DNA of 64,000 bases from the human T2T-CHM13v2.0 reference genome, Homo sapiens. The notes under the pieces were generated by a model, which saw only the letters and a program-made list of their open reading frames with translations, made no database searches and was not told where the DNA came from. Both the position numbers and the translations under genes were made by a program. Below are positions 43,946-64,000 of the stretch, piece after piece (position 1 is the first letter of the stretch; each line of letters opens with the position of its first letter). Where the stretch lies: the NCBI RefSeq assembly GCF_009914755.1, contig NC_060925.1, one strand, 5' to 3'.

Positions 43946-44665
43946 GTGGACCTGCTTTTACAGCCCTGTCACTACTCCTGTGTTGTGTTTAATGCCAGGC
44001 CTGCTGGGGGTGAAAAAATGGATTGAAGATCAGATAAGCCACAGGTGAGCCTGTATAGCTCCCCCTGGTTACCATCAGAAACCTGAAAGTAGTTCTTTTG
44101 AGCAGCCAGAGCCAACCCCAGGATTAGGACGGGATCTGGGGACTGCTGCCAGGAAGCTGTTCCTTAATGTCAGAGAAGGAGGCAGTAACTTATGCCTTGT
44201 CTGAAAATCACATGTGCCAGGCTCCCTGGAGGGACGTCGGCTGTCTGTCTCAGCCTCCCAGGATGTCTGTACGCCTGGGCACTCAGATGCAGGTGTCTGG
44301 GACATTTGGCAGGGAGGGAGCACTGGGCTGGGGGCTTCTCATAAGCATGTATTCATATCTCTGAGAAGGTTCATGTGTATTTCAGAGCATATGGTATAGA
44401 CTGTGTGTGTGCTCTCAGGGATGAGTGCGAGCAGGTTGTAAGAGAATGTGGTGAGCAGCCCAGTTTTCTTTCAGAGGCTCTGGAAAAACCTGTCCAGACC
44501 CTGTGGCAGTGTGAGTCTTCAGCTGGATATCTTCTTTATTCCTGTGCTGAGCTGGGCACTGATCCCAGAGTTACTCAGAACTCAAAAGAGTGGCCTCCGC
44601 CATTGCCAGTAATCAGAATGGTTCTGTTTCCTGCAACTGCCAGGAAATAGGACAGCACTGCCGTC

Positions 44666-44709
44666 TCACCCTGCAGAACCCAGGCATTTCACCCTGCAGA
44701 ATCCAGGCA
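44666..44709 (+). repeat. Tandem duplication, 23-bp period
   Basis: tcaccctgcagaa(c/t)ccaggca twice. Confidence 0.9.
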
Positions 44710-45336
44710 GTGTCAGGGGCTTTGGAGGGAAAAGCTGGGGTTGACTCCATATGTCCAGAGTAACAAGAACCCACTGGGCAGGGCCTCCCTGCATGTTCTT
44801 TGCCTCCTTCTTACATGTTGCCAGGACTTTTGTTGGTGTTTCTCCCCATTTGCAGAAAAACGGAAGTGGGAAGATGTAAGACCTAGGAATGGACGATGGG
44901 CTGCAGGCAGCCTCTGATGTGGCTGAGACAACCCCAGACCTGTCTAGAAACAAGATCACGGCATGCCCTCTTCAATCAAATTCATGCAGCAGATAGTTTC
45001 GAACTGCTAGGCACTGGGAGGTCCAGGAGGCCCTCTCTTGCTCTTACATTTGCAATGAGATGCATATAATTAAAGGAGCAGTTACTGTATAATAATTCAC
45101 AGGTCAGGCACAGTGTCTCATGCTTGTAATTCCAGCACTCTGGGAGGCTGAGGCAGGAGGATTGATTGAGCCCGGGAGTTTGAGGCTGCAGTGAGCTATC
45201 ATCACCGCCACTGCAGCCTGGGCAACAGAGTTAGACCCTGTCTCTAAAATAGTAGTAATAATAATAATGATTTACAAGCCTGCTGCCAGCTCCCAGCCTC
45301 AGCCCCTGCTCTTCCGTTGTTCACCGGCAGCCTCTC

Positions 45337-45372
45337 AACACACAGACACACACACACACACACACACACACA
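45337..45372 (+). repeat. (CA)n microsatellite
   Basis: Directly visible. Confidence 0.93.
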
Positions 45373-46742
45373 GCCTCTCGCCTTCCCTCACTCACGCTAT
45401 GTTCTCTAGACCTGGAATTAGAAGGCCTGGGTGAGAGGACTCCTCTCTGTGCCTCCTATTAAACAAAGGTGAAATGGGGATAGCATCTCCTCTTACAACC
45501 TCACCGGCTGGTATAAGTATTAAGTAGAATCATGGCTGTGAAAACCCTTCAGTAAATAATAAAATGCCCAGTACATGTGAAGAACAACCACTCCAACTCC
45601 TGCCTCCCTGGTGAGAGTGGCTGTAAGTTTTGCTGAGCACATCTGCATTCTCAGTGTGTATGATGGACTGAGGGTCAGGTGAGCCACTGGTGAGCCTGTA
45701 TAGCTCCCGCTGCTGGGCTGCAGAGTTGGGCGTAGGGGACTGCTCCAGCCACAAGGCCCGTGGTGGCATTGCTACCCAGGGGAGAGGGGGCATCTCCTGG
45801 GCACCCACACATGCCTTTGTCTATGCATTTACTCAACATTCTCCCTGATCTTAGGCACAAGATACCAAAATGAACCCCGAATTAGTGGTCAGGTGGTTCA
45901 GCCCCTGTGTCTCTCCTCCCAATGTCAGATTCCCCACCTGTAAAATGAAAATGAGAATGGAGCAGACCAGTGCTTTTCAAACGACATTCCTCCTGTCCTA
46001 GACTTCTCAGGGGTGCCCCAGGAGCTGCTGTGGGGAGTGATGGGGAAATGGAGTAGGGAGACCCCCGCCTCGCTTTAACTAGAGCAGTATGTGTTACCTG
46101 TCTGGGGATTCTATGAGTCCATTTGAATAATGGGATTTACAGATTTTTGAAACAATTGAAATCACTGAGCAAGAGGCTCTCTAAACCTTCCCTTCCAGCC
46201 CTGAGGCTCTAGGGCCTGTTGGGCTGACTAGGTGTGAGAAGTATTATTGGAGCAGGTCAGAGATTCTCAAACGCGGTGGCAACAGAGGGCTTTTCAAGAA
46301 TGACAGGCAGCCAAGGATGATGCAGAAGGGTGTCCCCAGGGAGGCCAGCAATTTGGGGTCAAGACTCTTCCTGGGACCTCTGGGACCTATCTCCGTCTCT
46401 TCTGATCCCACTCCAGCAGGGGTGGGCTGTGGCCAATGTGACATGTGACACAGCACATAGCTCACAAAATAAAGTCAGCCCAGCCACCAGTGCCATCCTG
46501 GCTCCCACTGCTCTACTTCCACCCTGCAACCCTGCCACGCGGAACAGCTCACTGCTCCCTAGACATCACCACACGTTCCCACCTCAGGCCTTTGCTCACG
46601 CTGTTCTCCCTCCCTGGAATGTCCTTCCCTTTAGCTACACATTTTCAAATCCTACCCTTTCTTCAAGGCCCAGCACAAATTTCACCTCTTTGAAACTTAC
46701 TAACACATACCTCTTCTCCACTCCTGCCAAATCTGGATGTGA

Positions 46743-49026
<2,284 letters not shown>

Positions 49027-51065
49027 ATTGAGTCTTCATTGTATACGGCTGTTGGGAGAATGATGTAAGGTATTACATTTGGATAATTTATATAGCACAG
49101 TGCCAGATGCACACCGTAAGTGATGGCTATTGCTCTTCCATTTATTATTATCGTTTTACCTGGAATTCTCCTAACAGACAGCTCTAGGATGAGGAGATCA
49201 GGTGGCTGGTCATTGAGACATTAAATTTGTTGTTTGTTTATGCCCAGGATTGTTACTCACCTAAAGTTCCATTCATCTCTAAACCAATAGATTGCCTTAT
49301 TAACAATTTCTCTCTCATTGTTCAACCTACATAAGCCTGGGTGCTTTGACACCAGATCAGTAGATACAATATCTTATACTTCTTGTGTATCCTTTTTGCT
49401 TTAGCACCCAGCACAATGCGAGGCACACAGTACACACTGAGAGGTGAATAAATGAATGATTGCATGAAGGATTTACTGCTGCCAACAGCAATGTTGGCAC
49501 ACAACCTTCCCTGCCAAGGTCTTCCAATGGCTGGGATGCCGCTTCTTTGTGACAAATGGGTCTGCTTCCTGGTCCATTTGCCCTGAACTTCAGGTGAAGA
49601 AGAGGATGCTTTTGGCTTAGGGGAAGAACAGCAGAAAAGCATCGGGTGGCTGGCATGCAGATCTGGCAGGTCTCCAGGCCAAAACTGTTCCCTCTCACCC
49701 TTTGCTCCACTCCTGCCTGTCCTCAGAGCACATATGGGTTTTGTCAGCTAATCCAGAGTGACTGATGTGCATCAGCCCTTAACAGTTGGAAGGCGGTTGG
49801 GTGGGCAAGGATCGGTGGGGAAGCTGAAGTCCAAGCCGTCAAAGAGGAGACCTCAGTTGGGAAGATGGGGCCAATACTCCTACGTGCCAGGAACCCTTGA
49901 CCGAAAAGTCCAAAGGAGCTGGGCTGTACTAGAAAGTCAGGAAGACTCTTGTGTTTGTCTGGGCAGCATCCATCCATTCCTCCTTTACACTGGAGACTGC
50001 CTCCTCTTCCTCTCAGGCACACAACCAAACTCCCTTCCTGGTCCCTCCTACTTAGGTGTGATCATGTGACGGAGTTCTGGCCAATAGAATTGATGCATGC
50101 CACTCTCAGGCCTGGATCCTAAAAAGCATGACCTACCCAGCCTGGACAACATAGTGAGACCCCATCTCTACAAAATTTTTTTTTTAATTAGCCAGGCATG
50201 GTGGCATGCATCTGTAGTCCTAGCTACTTGGGAGGCTTGAGCCTGGGAGTTCCAGGCTTCAGTGAGCTATGTTTGCACCACTCCACTCCAGCCTGGGCAA
50301 CAGCACAAGACCTTGTCTCAAAAAAAAAAAGAAAAAGAAAAAGAAAAAGCATGATCTTTATTTCCTTGCCTGCCTCTAGATGTTATCACCTAGGATTTTC
50401 TTGGAAGCTACATGTTAAAGATGACAGAGCCCATCTATCAGCCTGGGTCTCTGAGTGACCACATGAAGTAGAGCCCTGCCCCTGCCACCACTGGAAGCAG
50501 AAATAAGTTGTATTGTGTTCGGTCACTAACATGTTGTGGTTGTTTATTGCAAGCACGTTGCTTACCTTGACTAACACACTCTCCTTGTAACCCACTACCC
50601 TAATGTTTCTGGTGAAATCACCCATTTCCTACTCCCAGTCCCTGGAGGTCCAACGGAGGTGACTCCACATGGGCTCCAGGGCAGGACATGTGATCCAGGT
50701 GATGTCTGATTCAGTCCTAACGGATCAGGATAGCCCATCTCCTTAGCCACAGAGATTGGTTCAGGATAGGCTGTATGACACAACCAGAGCCAGCAGGACT
50801 TAATTGAAACTGTTGGGAAAAGAGACGCTCAATTTCTGCTGGAGTTGCTGAGAAGGTGGGAGGTGTGTCTGGTGCTGCTGGCAACCTTCTTGCCAACATG
50901 AGGGGAGGGCACCTGAGAAGGAGGCCAGCACAGTGGAAAGCAGAGACTATGTCCAATGGCACTGCATGAGCCCCTGGATCCCACTGAGCCTGTCCAGATC
51001 TGCCCTTGGAGTTTTCAGCTCCTTGAGCCAAGACGTTGCACTTTTTGGCTGGGCGCGGTGGCTCA

Positions 51066-51464
<399 letters not shown>

Positions 51465-53322
51465 TCAGGGGACCCATCACATTGCCTGATTATAAGACAT
51501 CCAGCCAGCACGTGGGATCTGAAAGCCCCAGGCCTTTCTCTGTCTGGGGCCACCTGGCTGCCCCTCACACACTTTCCCAGTCTCCACATTATGGACTGGC
51601 TTCCTTCCTCCTTCCCTGTTCAGAGTACCCGTCCCCTTGTGCCTTCCATCAGCACGTGGCTCTGATGCTGACTCCACACACCTCTTCAGTTCAGTCCAAC
51701 CAAAGCCTGTGACCTCTGTTCAAGTGCTAAGGCATGAGGCTGATTGGTGGTCACCTGGTGGTCACAGCCCAGCCTCTGGGTGGTCCCCAGATCAGGGGTC
51801 CACCCTGATCCACTCAGCTGCAACTGAGAAATGAGTTCATTGGCTATGAATTGGGCTTACTTAGCCAATCTCTTAGGGGACCTTCAACCGGGAGGGGCAC
51901 TTCTGAGGATGCAGCATGAGCTGAACAGGCTGATCTTGGAGCCCGAACCTGGGACCGCCTACTACTCATTCTGGGACATGGGCAACTCCCTTAACTGCTT
52001 CAGTCTCCATTTTCTCTGCAATATGGAGGTAATAATCCCCGCTGTTCCTGCCTCAAGGATCATTCTGAGGGGCCATTCAAAGGAGAGGGAATGCAAGAGG
52101 ACTTTGAAAAGCATCAAGTACTATCCAAGAGGTAGGGGCAGAATGATTCCTTACTGACTCTAAGACAAGAAAGCTGGAGTGAGGCAGTAACTTACTTACT
52201 GGCCTTCCTTAAAGGCTCTTGCTTGGAGGCTGAAGCCCCCAGCCAAGGAAGCAAGCACAGACTGCAGTGAGGGAAGCTTAAAATGGGCATCTGCAGGGAT
52301 TTCCTGGAGGGAGAACATCACCGGGAAACAGCTGGCCAAGCTCCAACAATAAGCTCCCCCACCCCCGACCGCCCCCCATGATGGGCCTCAGGGGTGGTGG
52401 GTACATCCCCATCTGCAGTCAAAGGAATGGCTAGAAGGTCCCAGAAGAACCTTGCAGCTGGAGCATCTCATGCCATAATCATGCCTGTGATCTCATATCC
52501 CACAGGAATACAGAATGTGATCATTCTGCAGCCTTTGAGATGGGGGTGGGGATGCAGAGAGGGGAGGGGGACATCCTTGTAAAATCAGACTGGGTCCTGC
52601 TCACTCCCATTCCTCTACTTCTCTCAATCCTCAAAGGATAGAAGACCTAGAGAGCTTGCATTACATCAACCTTCTGCCAAAATTCCACTGATACACGCAG
52701 GCCCAGATGGCTGGCTGGGCCCTGGGATGTCTCCTGATCTCCTTGGGGAAGCATACATGGGGGATGACAACCATGGGGTTAGGTGTGGCCCAGGGAGCAA
52801 GGTATGCTGTCAGTGGCCAGTAGATGTCTGCAAGGATGTTTCCCCTGGCAGCTTGACTCCTTAGAGATGTATTAAGTTCTCCTTCTAAGATGATAAAAGC
52901 ACAAAAAAAAAAAAAAAAGCAACACATTTTTGTTTGAAACCAGTGAAACAGCAAATACTAAGACAAAATAGGCCAGGCACAGTGGCTAACACCTGTAATC
53001 CCAGCATTTTGGGAGGCTGAGGAGGGCGGATCACTTTAGGCCAGGAGTTCAAGACCATCCTGGCCAAAATGGTGAAACCCGATCTCTACTAAAAATACAA
53101 AAATTAGCCGGGTGTGGTGGTGGGTGCCTGTAATCTCAGCTACTCAGGTGGCTGAGGCAGGAGAATCACTTGAACCCAGGAAGCAGAGGTTGCAGTGAGC
53201 TGAGATCACGCCACTGCACTCCAGCCTGGGTGACAGAGCGAGACTTCATCTCAAAAATAAAAAATGAATAACCTTCCCTTATCCCCTCTCCATTCCCCAT
53301 TCCTCATTCCCCACACCCGTAG

Positions 53323-53487
<165 letters not shown>

Positions 53488-53530
53488 TGAGTAGCTGGGA
53501 TTACAGGCACATGCCACCACACCTGGCTAA

Positions 53531-53674
<144 letters not shown>

Positions 53675-54862
53675 TGAATAGCTGCACAATGTATTAGACC
53701 GTTCCCTGTTAATGTATGTTCCGATTGTCTCCTGTTCTCAAAAATGTCTACTACGTGATTGTTGCATGCGTGCTTCCTGCAAGAAGGAGCAGACATAAGC
53801 AGAACATATCAAGCTGAAAATACATAGGATCAAGAAGAGTTTTACATGAATTCCTGGTGCCCCATGTCTCAGCTGGAAGAGCCCTTAGAACTTGTGATCC
53901 AATCCCCTGGTTTACAGATAAGAAAAGGGACTTGTCCAAAGTCATACAAATTGCTACTGAAAAAGCTGCGGCCAGAATTTAAGCTAGCTGACTCCTTGAC
54001 GAATGTCCTGTTTCCTTTACAAAAACTGTTAAAATAAAAGTAGAAATTTGTCCAAGAAAGGTTTGTTTGTTCGTTTTGAGACAGGGTCTTGCCCTGTCAC
54101 CCAGACTGGAGTATTGTGGCGCGATCATAATTCACTGCAGCCTTGACCTCCTGAGCTCAGGTGATCCTCCCACCTCAGCCTCCCAGAGAAAGGTTTATTT
54201 AAGCTCACAGATGCCCAGAGTTTAGAGGCCAAGTTAGGAAGTGGGTTGTACTCAAACCTCAAGGGAGTTAACAGCAAAAGGATAGGGCTTCACTTTCTGT
54301 TCTTCCTCCCACCGTCCTCACCCAGCATTTTTCTCCCAACACTCCAAGCTCATTTCTGCCTCAGGGCCTTAGCACTTGTCATTCCTATGCCAGGACTACT
54401 CGGCCCTCATATTTTTGTGTGGCTGCTTCTTTCCCACACACGGATCTCAGCTCCAATGTCATTCCTCAGAGAGGCCCTCCTTGTTTCCAGCCTCTCCCTC
54501 CACTTGAAGCAGTCCTGACACATCCGGCCCCTTCTGTCCCCTTCCTGTGCTTATTGTCTTCACCACACTGTCACCATCTGAAATAATCTTGATCATGTCT
54601 TTGCTTCCTTGTTCATCAGCAGATTCCCCCATTGGAATAGAAAGCCTGTGAGTTACACATCCAGGCTTGGGAAGACAGTGCCTGGCATGCAGTAGGTGCT
54701 TAGTCAAGATTTGAAATGATGGAGCCAGGGTTCCCTGACTGCTGGTCCAGGGGTGCCTGCTCCCTTCATGCCTATTAGTGTCTTTGCTACATCAGGGCTG
54801 CAGAGGTGGGTGGGCCCAGCTCCTGGTGAGAGCTCCTTCTGCGGAGGTTGGGGAAGGAGTAG

Positions 54863-55207
<345 letters not shown>

Positions 55208-55419
55208 TGAGCCACCGCGCCCAGCCCAGGGCGATGTTGTTTCTCCACCTGCCAAGCCGAGGCCAGAGTCTAGGCCGGTGGCCCTAGGGTGTCTCTGAAT
55301 CCTCTCATAGACACCCTAGGGCCACCATCTCTGTCTGCTGCCTCCACCTTGTTCCCCAAACCCCATAGGTGTGCTTCAAGCCGGAGTTCACAGTGGTCTT
55401 GTGTCATCTCCTCTCCCTA

Positions 55420-55779
<360 letters not shown>

Positions 55780-55999
55780 TTAAAAAAAAATTAGCCAGAT
55801 GTGGTGATGCATGCCTGTGGTCCCAGCTACTCAGAAGGCTGAAGTGGGAGGATCACTTGTGCCTGGGAGGTCAAGGCTATGGTGAGGTATGATTTCACCA
55901 CTGCACTCCAGCCTGAGTGATAGAACAACACCCTGTCTCAAAAAAAAAAAGAAAAAAGAAAAAGAAAAGAAAAAGGAAATGTCCCTTGGATGACTCTAA

Positions 56000-56504
<505 letters not shown>

Positions 56505-56722
56505 TGACCTCTTGTCCAGAGGAAGCTTCTCGGCTCTAATGGAGTCTGGGGCCTTGTCCAGAAAGGTCCGGCATCCTGGGGTGGGGAATTCTGCCCCTCC
56601 ACGGCTTTCCCAGCAGGCAGAGGAGAGACATCTATCTATCTAGGACCTAACGTGCTCTGGAAATTGGACTGCAAGCCAGGGTTCCACATCCCTCATTCAT
56701 TCAACTTTCTTTCATTATTGAA

Positions 56723-58243
<1,521 letters not shown>

Positions 58244-59132
58244 TAAATTTCTTTGATCAATATCATATTGAGTGCCTACTACATGCCAGGCACCGTCCCA
58301 GTGTGAAGGAGGCAGTGGTGAATGAACTGCAGAAAGCCCTTTGCCCTTGGGAGGCACATCCTGGTGAGGAGAGACCAACAATAAACAAGAGGCTTAATAA
58401 ATGTGTAAATTACATTAGAAGTGACACATGCTATTAGGTGAGGGGGGTGAGGAAAAGTAGAGAGGTGTAAGGAAAGTGAGTGCCTCCCCACTCCCCTGGT
58501 CCCATGAAATGGAAAATTCTAAGATTATCAAATCTCTGGGCTAGAAACAGCAGTCATGGCAGAGACTGACTAGATGTTCACCAAACCTATCACCTCTTCT
58601 TCCAGAGCCAAAGCAACACATTTCCCAGGTTCCTTTGCAGCTAGCTGCAGCCATGTGACTAAGTTCTAGCCAATAGGATGTGAGACTCTTTCAAACCTGG
58701 CCCATAAATACTTCCCACTCCCTCAGTTCCCCCATCCCCTGAGCAAGACTTGTTCCGTCTTTCCCCATCTGCTAGCTGAATGGAGGGGACACTGAGGACC
58801 TAGAGGAGGGCAGAGCCACAGGTAGAAGGGGACTGGGTCCCTGAAGACCACATAGAGAGGTGAGCCCCTGGCCCCCACCTGTTAGACTTTACGGGGAGGC
58901 ACGGCTCATCACTGTGCGTGAAGACCAGTGGGTGGTGGTTTGCAATCCATTTTAGGCAGCAAAGAGAAGCCAGGGGCTTTTAGGGATTTCTTTAAAGATT
59001 TCTCCATGCCACAAGTCTATTTTTTTTCCCTGATTTCTCCCACCTGCTACTCCAAATCCCTCATTCATCTATTTATTTGTTCATTCAGGAAATATTTACT
59101 GAGCACCTAGTATATCCCAGGCACTGTTCTAG

Positions 59133-59552
<420 letters not shown>

Positions 59553-59931
59553 AAGATCAACACCTGTGAAATGAAGGGAAGGAAAAGTAAGAGCGTTGTT
59601 ACAAACCCACTTTACAGATGAGAAATCTGCAGAACAAACAGGTTAGGTGACTTAAGCTAATGTAATTTTGGCTAAATGTAATAAAAGACATGCAGCTGAG
59701 AGCTCAGTCAAAGATGAACTTGACATCTTGCCATTTCACAAGGCGGTGTCTTGGTTCCTCCAGGTGAGGACTTAATTGCCTTTGGAAGACAGTGGAGATA
59801 CTGAGGCTGTGAGCAAAGGATTTCTGTTCCCCTCTGCCTTTAGTAACTCTGGGTAATGGAGCAGATTTCTTGCCCTTTCTGATCCTCAGTTTCCTCACCT
59901 GTAAAACATGGATAATAAAGTTCTAACCTCT

Positions 59932-60703
<772 letters not shown>

Positions 60704-61819
60704 AACAACTTCAAGGAGCGTTTCTGAGGATCGAATGAGGAAATGCATTGAAAGCATTTAAAATCTTTTTTGGCACAAAACGATAGCCCCAAAATATAGT
60801 TATTATTGTCACTATATCATTTAGAGCCAAGTTTCTTCATTTTTGGAACGCTCTATGTTGGCCTTTGTAGTTACTCAAGTATAAAATGATAGATACTGGA
60901 GAATTCTGTAAGGTCACACTAAATCTATCTATAGTGGCTGTGGGTTTGGGAGGTTAACAGTTGACTTGGGTGGACATTAGTCTGACTACTCTTAAGAACG
61001 AAGAAGGAAAGACTGGGGAGAAGAGAAGAATTCCAGATAGTGAATCATCACTCCCATCAGGAGTCATTTAAGATTAAGGAACCAAGATTGGCAGCTGTCA
61101 TATGGGCTTTTTGGTCTCTTATGGAGCCCCAGAGATTGCCCTAAACTACACTTTGGGGGTTTCCTCTCTCCCTTCTTTCTATGTTTTTTGAGCCTCTACT
61201 GTGTGCCAGACACAGATCTAGCTGCCCAGACAAAGCAGGATACAAGATAGACATTCATCTATTGTTATAGACAGACAGTAAACCCATAACGAATGTTACC
61301 AGACAGCAATAAGTGCCTGAAGAAAATTGAGCCAGGTAATGGAACAGTGATGAATGATGGGATGTGCAGTTAAGGAGGGCCTCTTGGAGGTGGTATTATT
61401 TGAAGACACCGGGGAAGAGACATCCAGGTAGTAAGAGCAGCTTGTGCAAAGATCCTATAATGAGATTCACCTTGATATGTCTAAAACCTCCTTGGGACTA
61501 GATGTGGATAGTGGATGGTGGGAAACTTACAGGGGATGGGACCATGGAGGTGGGCAGGGCCAGGCTATGACGAAGGTTTGAGGTTCCAGTCTAGGTGTCG
61601 GGATACCTCTGGGATATTCATGTTTCGGAAAGCACACTCAGGCCACTTTTTAAAGGATAGGATTGGGAGGAGGATGCCATAGTGGAAAAAGCAGTAGGAG
61701 AGGAAGCAGGAGAACCTGTCAGCAAGCCCCTGAGAGGGTCCAGGTGAAAAATGATGGTATCTTGGACCAGGGCTCTAACATTGAAGATGGTGACAAGTGG
61801 CTGGATTCAAAACAGGTTT

Positions 61820-62333
61820 GTTTTTTGTTGTTGTTTATTTCAATAGTTTTGGGGAAACAGGTGATGTTTGGTTACATGAATAAGTTCTTTAGCGGTGATT
61901 TCTGAGATTTTGGTGCACCCATCATCCGAGCAGTGCACACTGTACCCAATGTGTAGTCTTTTATCCCTCACCCCCTCCCACCCTTCCCCCCAAGTCCCCA
62001 TTGTATCATGCCTTTGCATCCTTATAGCTTAGCTCCCACTTTGAAGTGAGAACATAAGATGTTTGGTTTTCCATTCTTGAGTTATTCACTTAGAATAATG
62101 GTCTCCAACTCCATCCAGGTTGCTGCAAATGCCATTATTTCATTCCTTTTCATGGCTGAGTAGTATTCCATGGTGTGTGTATATATATATACCACATTTA
62201 TATATACATATGTGTATATATATCACATTTATATATGTATATATATCACATTTATATATATGTATATATATCACATTTTCATATATATATGTATATATAA
62301 AACATTTTCTTTATCCACTTGTTGACTGATGGG
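61820..62333 (-). mobile_element. 5'-truncated L1PB1-like element containing an AT-rich minisatellite
   Basis: 13-bp TSD tcaaaacaggttt (61807 and 62334); L1PB 3' UTR motifs. Confidence 0.85.
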
Positions 62334-62970
62334 TCAAAACAGGTTTCGAAGGTAGAGCCAGGGCATGGAGATAGATCGAATGTGGGGGTGAGGGAAACAA
62401 GGCATTCAGGGGCACTTCTCGACTTCTAGCCCAAGTCACTGGGTGACTGGTCATACCTTTAGCTGAAGCATAGACTGGGGTGGGGTGGGAACAGGTTCAG
62501 GGTTGAGTGAGAAGAGAAACAGAAGTTGCTTTAGATCTTCCTGCATTAAGAGGCTAATTAGACATCCAAGTGCAGAGGTCAAGTGGACAGTTGGATCCAT
62601 GCAAGAGCTTCCAAGAGCAAGGCACACAGGTGTAGGAATGATGATTCTAAAATGGCATCTCAAGCTATAATTGTGGATGAGATCACCTTGGAGAGAAGGA
62701 GCAAATGTAGACAGAAGCCAAGAGACCTTAAGACTGAGCTATGAGGCACTGCCCTTTGGTAGCTGAGCAGAAAAGAAGGTAGGCAAGGATTGAGAAGGCA
62801 GAGAAGTAGGAGGAAAACCAGGAAAACGTGGCATCCTAGAAGCCCAGTAAAGAAAAGAAAACATTAGGAGCCTGAGGCGGGAAGATGCTTGAGCCCAGGA
62901 GTTTGAAGTAACATTGAGCTATGATCTTGCCACTGCACTCCAGTCTAGGCAACAGAGCAAGACACTATCA

Positions 62971-63165
62971 AAGAAAGCAAGCAAGAAAGCAAGGAGAGGA
63001 GGGGAAGGGAGGGAAGGGGAGGGGGAGAAGGGAAGGGAAGGGAAGGAAAGGGAAGGGGAGAGGAGAAGGGAAGGGAAAGGAAGGAAAGGAAAGGGAAGGG
63101 GAGGAGAGAGGAAGGAGGAAGGAAGAAAGAAAGAAAGAAAAGAAGAGAAAGTGGAAAGAAAACAA
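62971..63165 (+). repeat. (GGGAA/GAAA)n polypurine tract derived from an Alu tail
   Basis: About 190 bp, almost purely A/G. Confidence 0.9.
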
Positions 63166-64000
63166 GAAACCAGGAGTTGACACATCAGATAATCTTCAAA
63201 GTTGCAAATGATGGTGTCAGATCTTAGCAAGAGCCATCTCAGCATCTTGCTGGGGATCAAAGCCTTAGCAGGAATACATTATGGGCAACAGAGCGAGACT
63301 CTGTCTCAGAAAAAAAAAAAAAAAAGAAAGAAAGAAAAAGAAAAAGAAAGGAAAGGAAACAGGAAACAGGAAACAGAGACAGAGAGAGGGGATTTCACTA
63401 TGAGCAGCTAAAAGAGGTGGAAGCTGGAGGGAGACTGAGGTCAAGGAAACCAACTTTAGTCAGTCTCTCATCCCTGTTCCAGCATATGGTCTATTAAACA
63501 CTAGAAAAGGCAGGCACCATGGGAGAAGCTGCAGGCACAGTGGGGCATGGGACTGTCACCTCCTCAGGCCAAAAGGCCTTCTCTATTCTTCCTACCTAAA
63601 GCGGAACCCCTGTGCTAGTCCCTGTAACCCCTAAGATGCTCTTCCCAGCATCCTCCTTCACGAGTCCTGGAACGAGACCCCATACCTTTGACGTTCTTAT
63701 CTATAGGGTATTTTCTCATTCATATCTATAGGGAAAGAGAGTTGACAGCACCTCTGAGCCATCATTCAAGCTGTTCCCTCTTCTTGGCATGCTCTTCTCT
63801 GCTCAACTCCTGCCAAACGACTCATCCGTCAAGATCCAGCTTATGTTTATGAAGTTGGAGAGGCCTCTCTGGGGAGACTGACTCTGAATTACTTGTTACC
63901 TCCTTCATTTGTAATTGAAGTCATGACTTGGCCTTAAAGGAAAAACCTGAGTGCCCAAAGAACAACCTATGGGGGCCCTGACCCAGCCTGGGTGGTCAGA

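Overview
Primate (almost certainly human) euchromatic DNA. It holds one intact protein-coding gene, intronless FAM43B (41928-42917, + strand, inside a CpG island, polyA signal at 43940), and a processed RPS4X pseudogene (14915-15773). From recall, not verifiable here, this is the 1p36.12 interval between MUL1 and CDA. The rest is very dense interspersed repeat: roughly 60 Alu copies or fragments, a MER4-group ERV1 with LTR8, a solo LTR22 (HML-5), MaLR LTRs, L1, L2, MIR, MER1B and MER30. Nearly all ORF-track entries are Alu, simple-repeat or GC-shadow artefacts. I found no new protein-coding system, RNA gene or CRISPR array. The most unusual signal is a fossil complex rearrangement at ~8.6-12.3 kb: the ERV 3' end and LTR8 are split and inverted, a ~97%-identical inverted copy of a downstream MIR/Alu segment is inserted, and a chimeric Alu, short microhomologies and a perfect hairpin mark the junctions, consistent with multi-step template switching. 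Also notable are an L1MA with twin-priming geometry and an Alu at its inversion junction, a dispersed 46-bp duplicated element downstream of FAM43B, and paired RFX X-boxes. Repeat family names rest on recalled consensus sequences and repeat boundaries are approximate.
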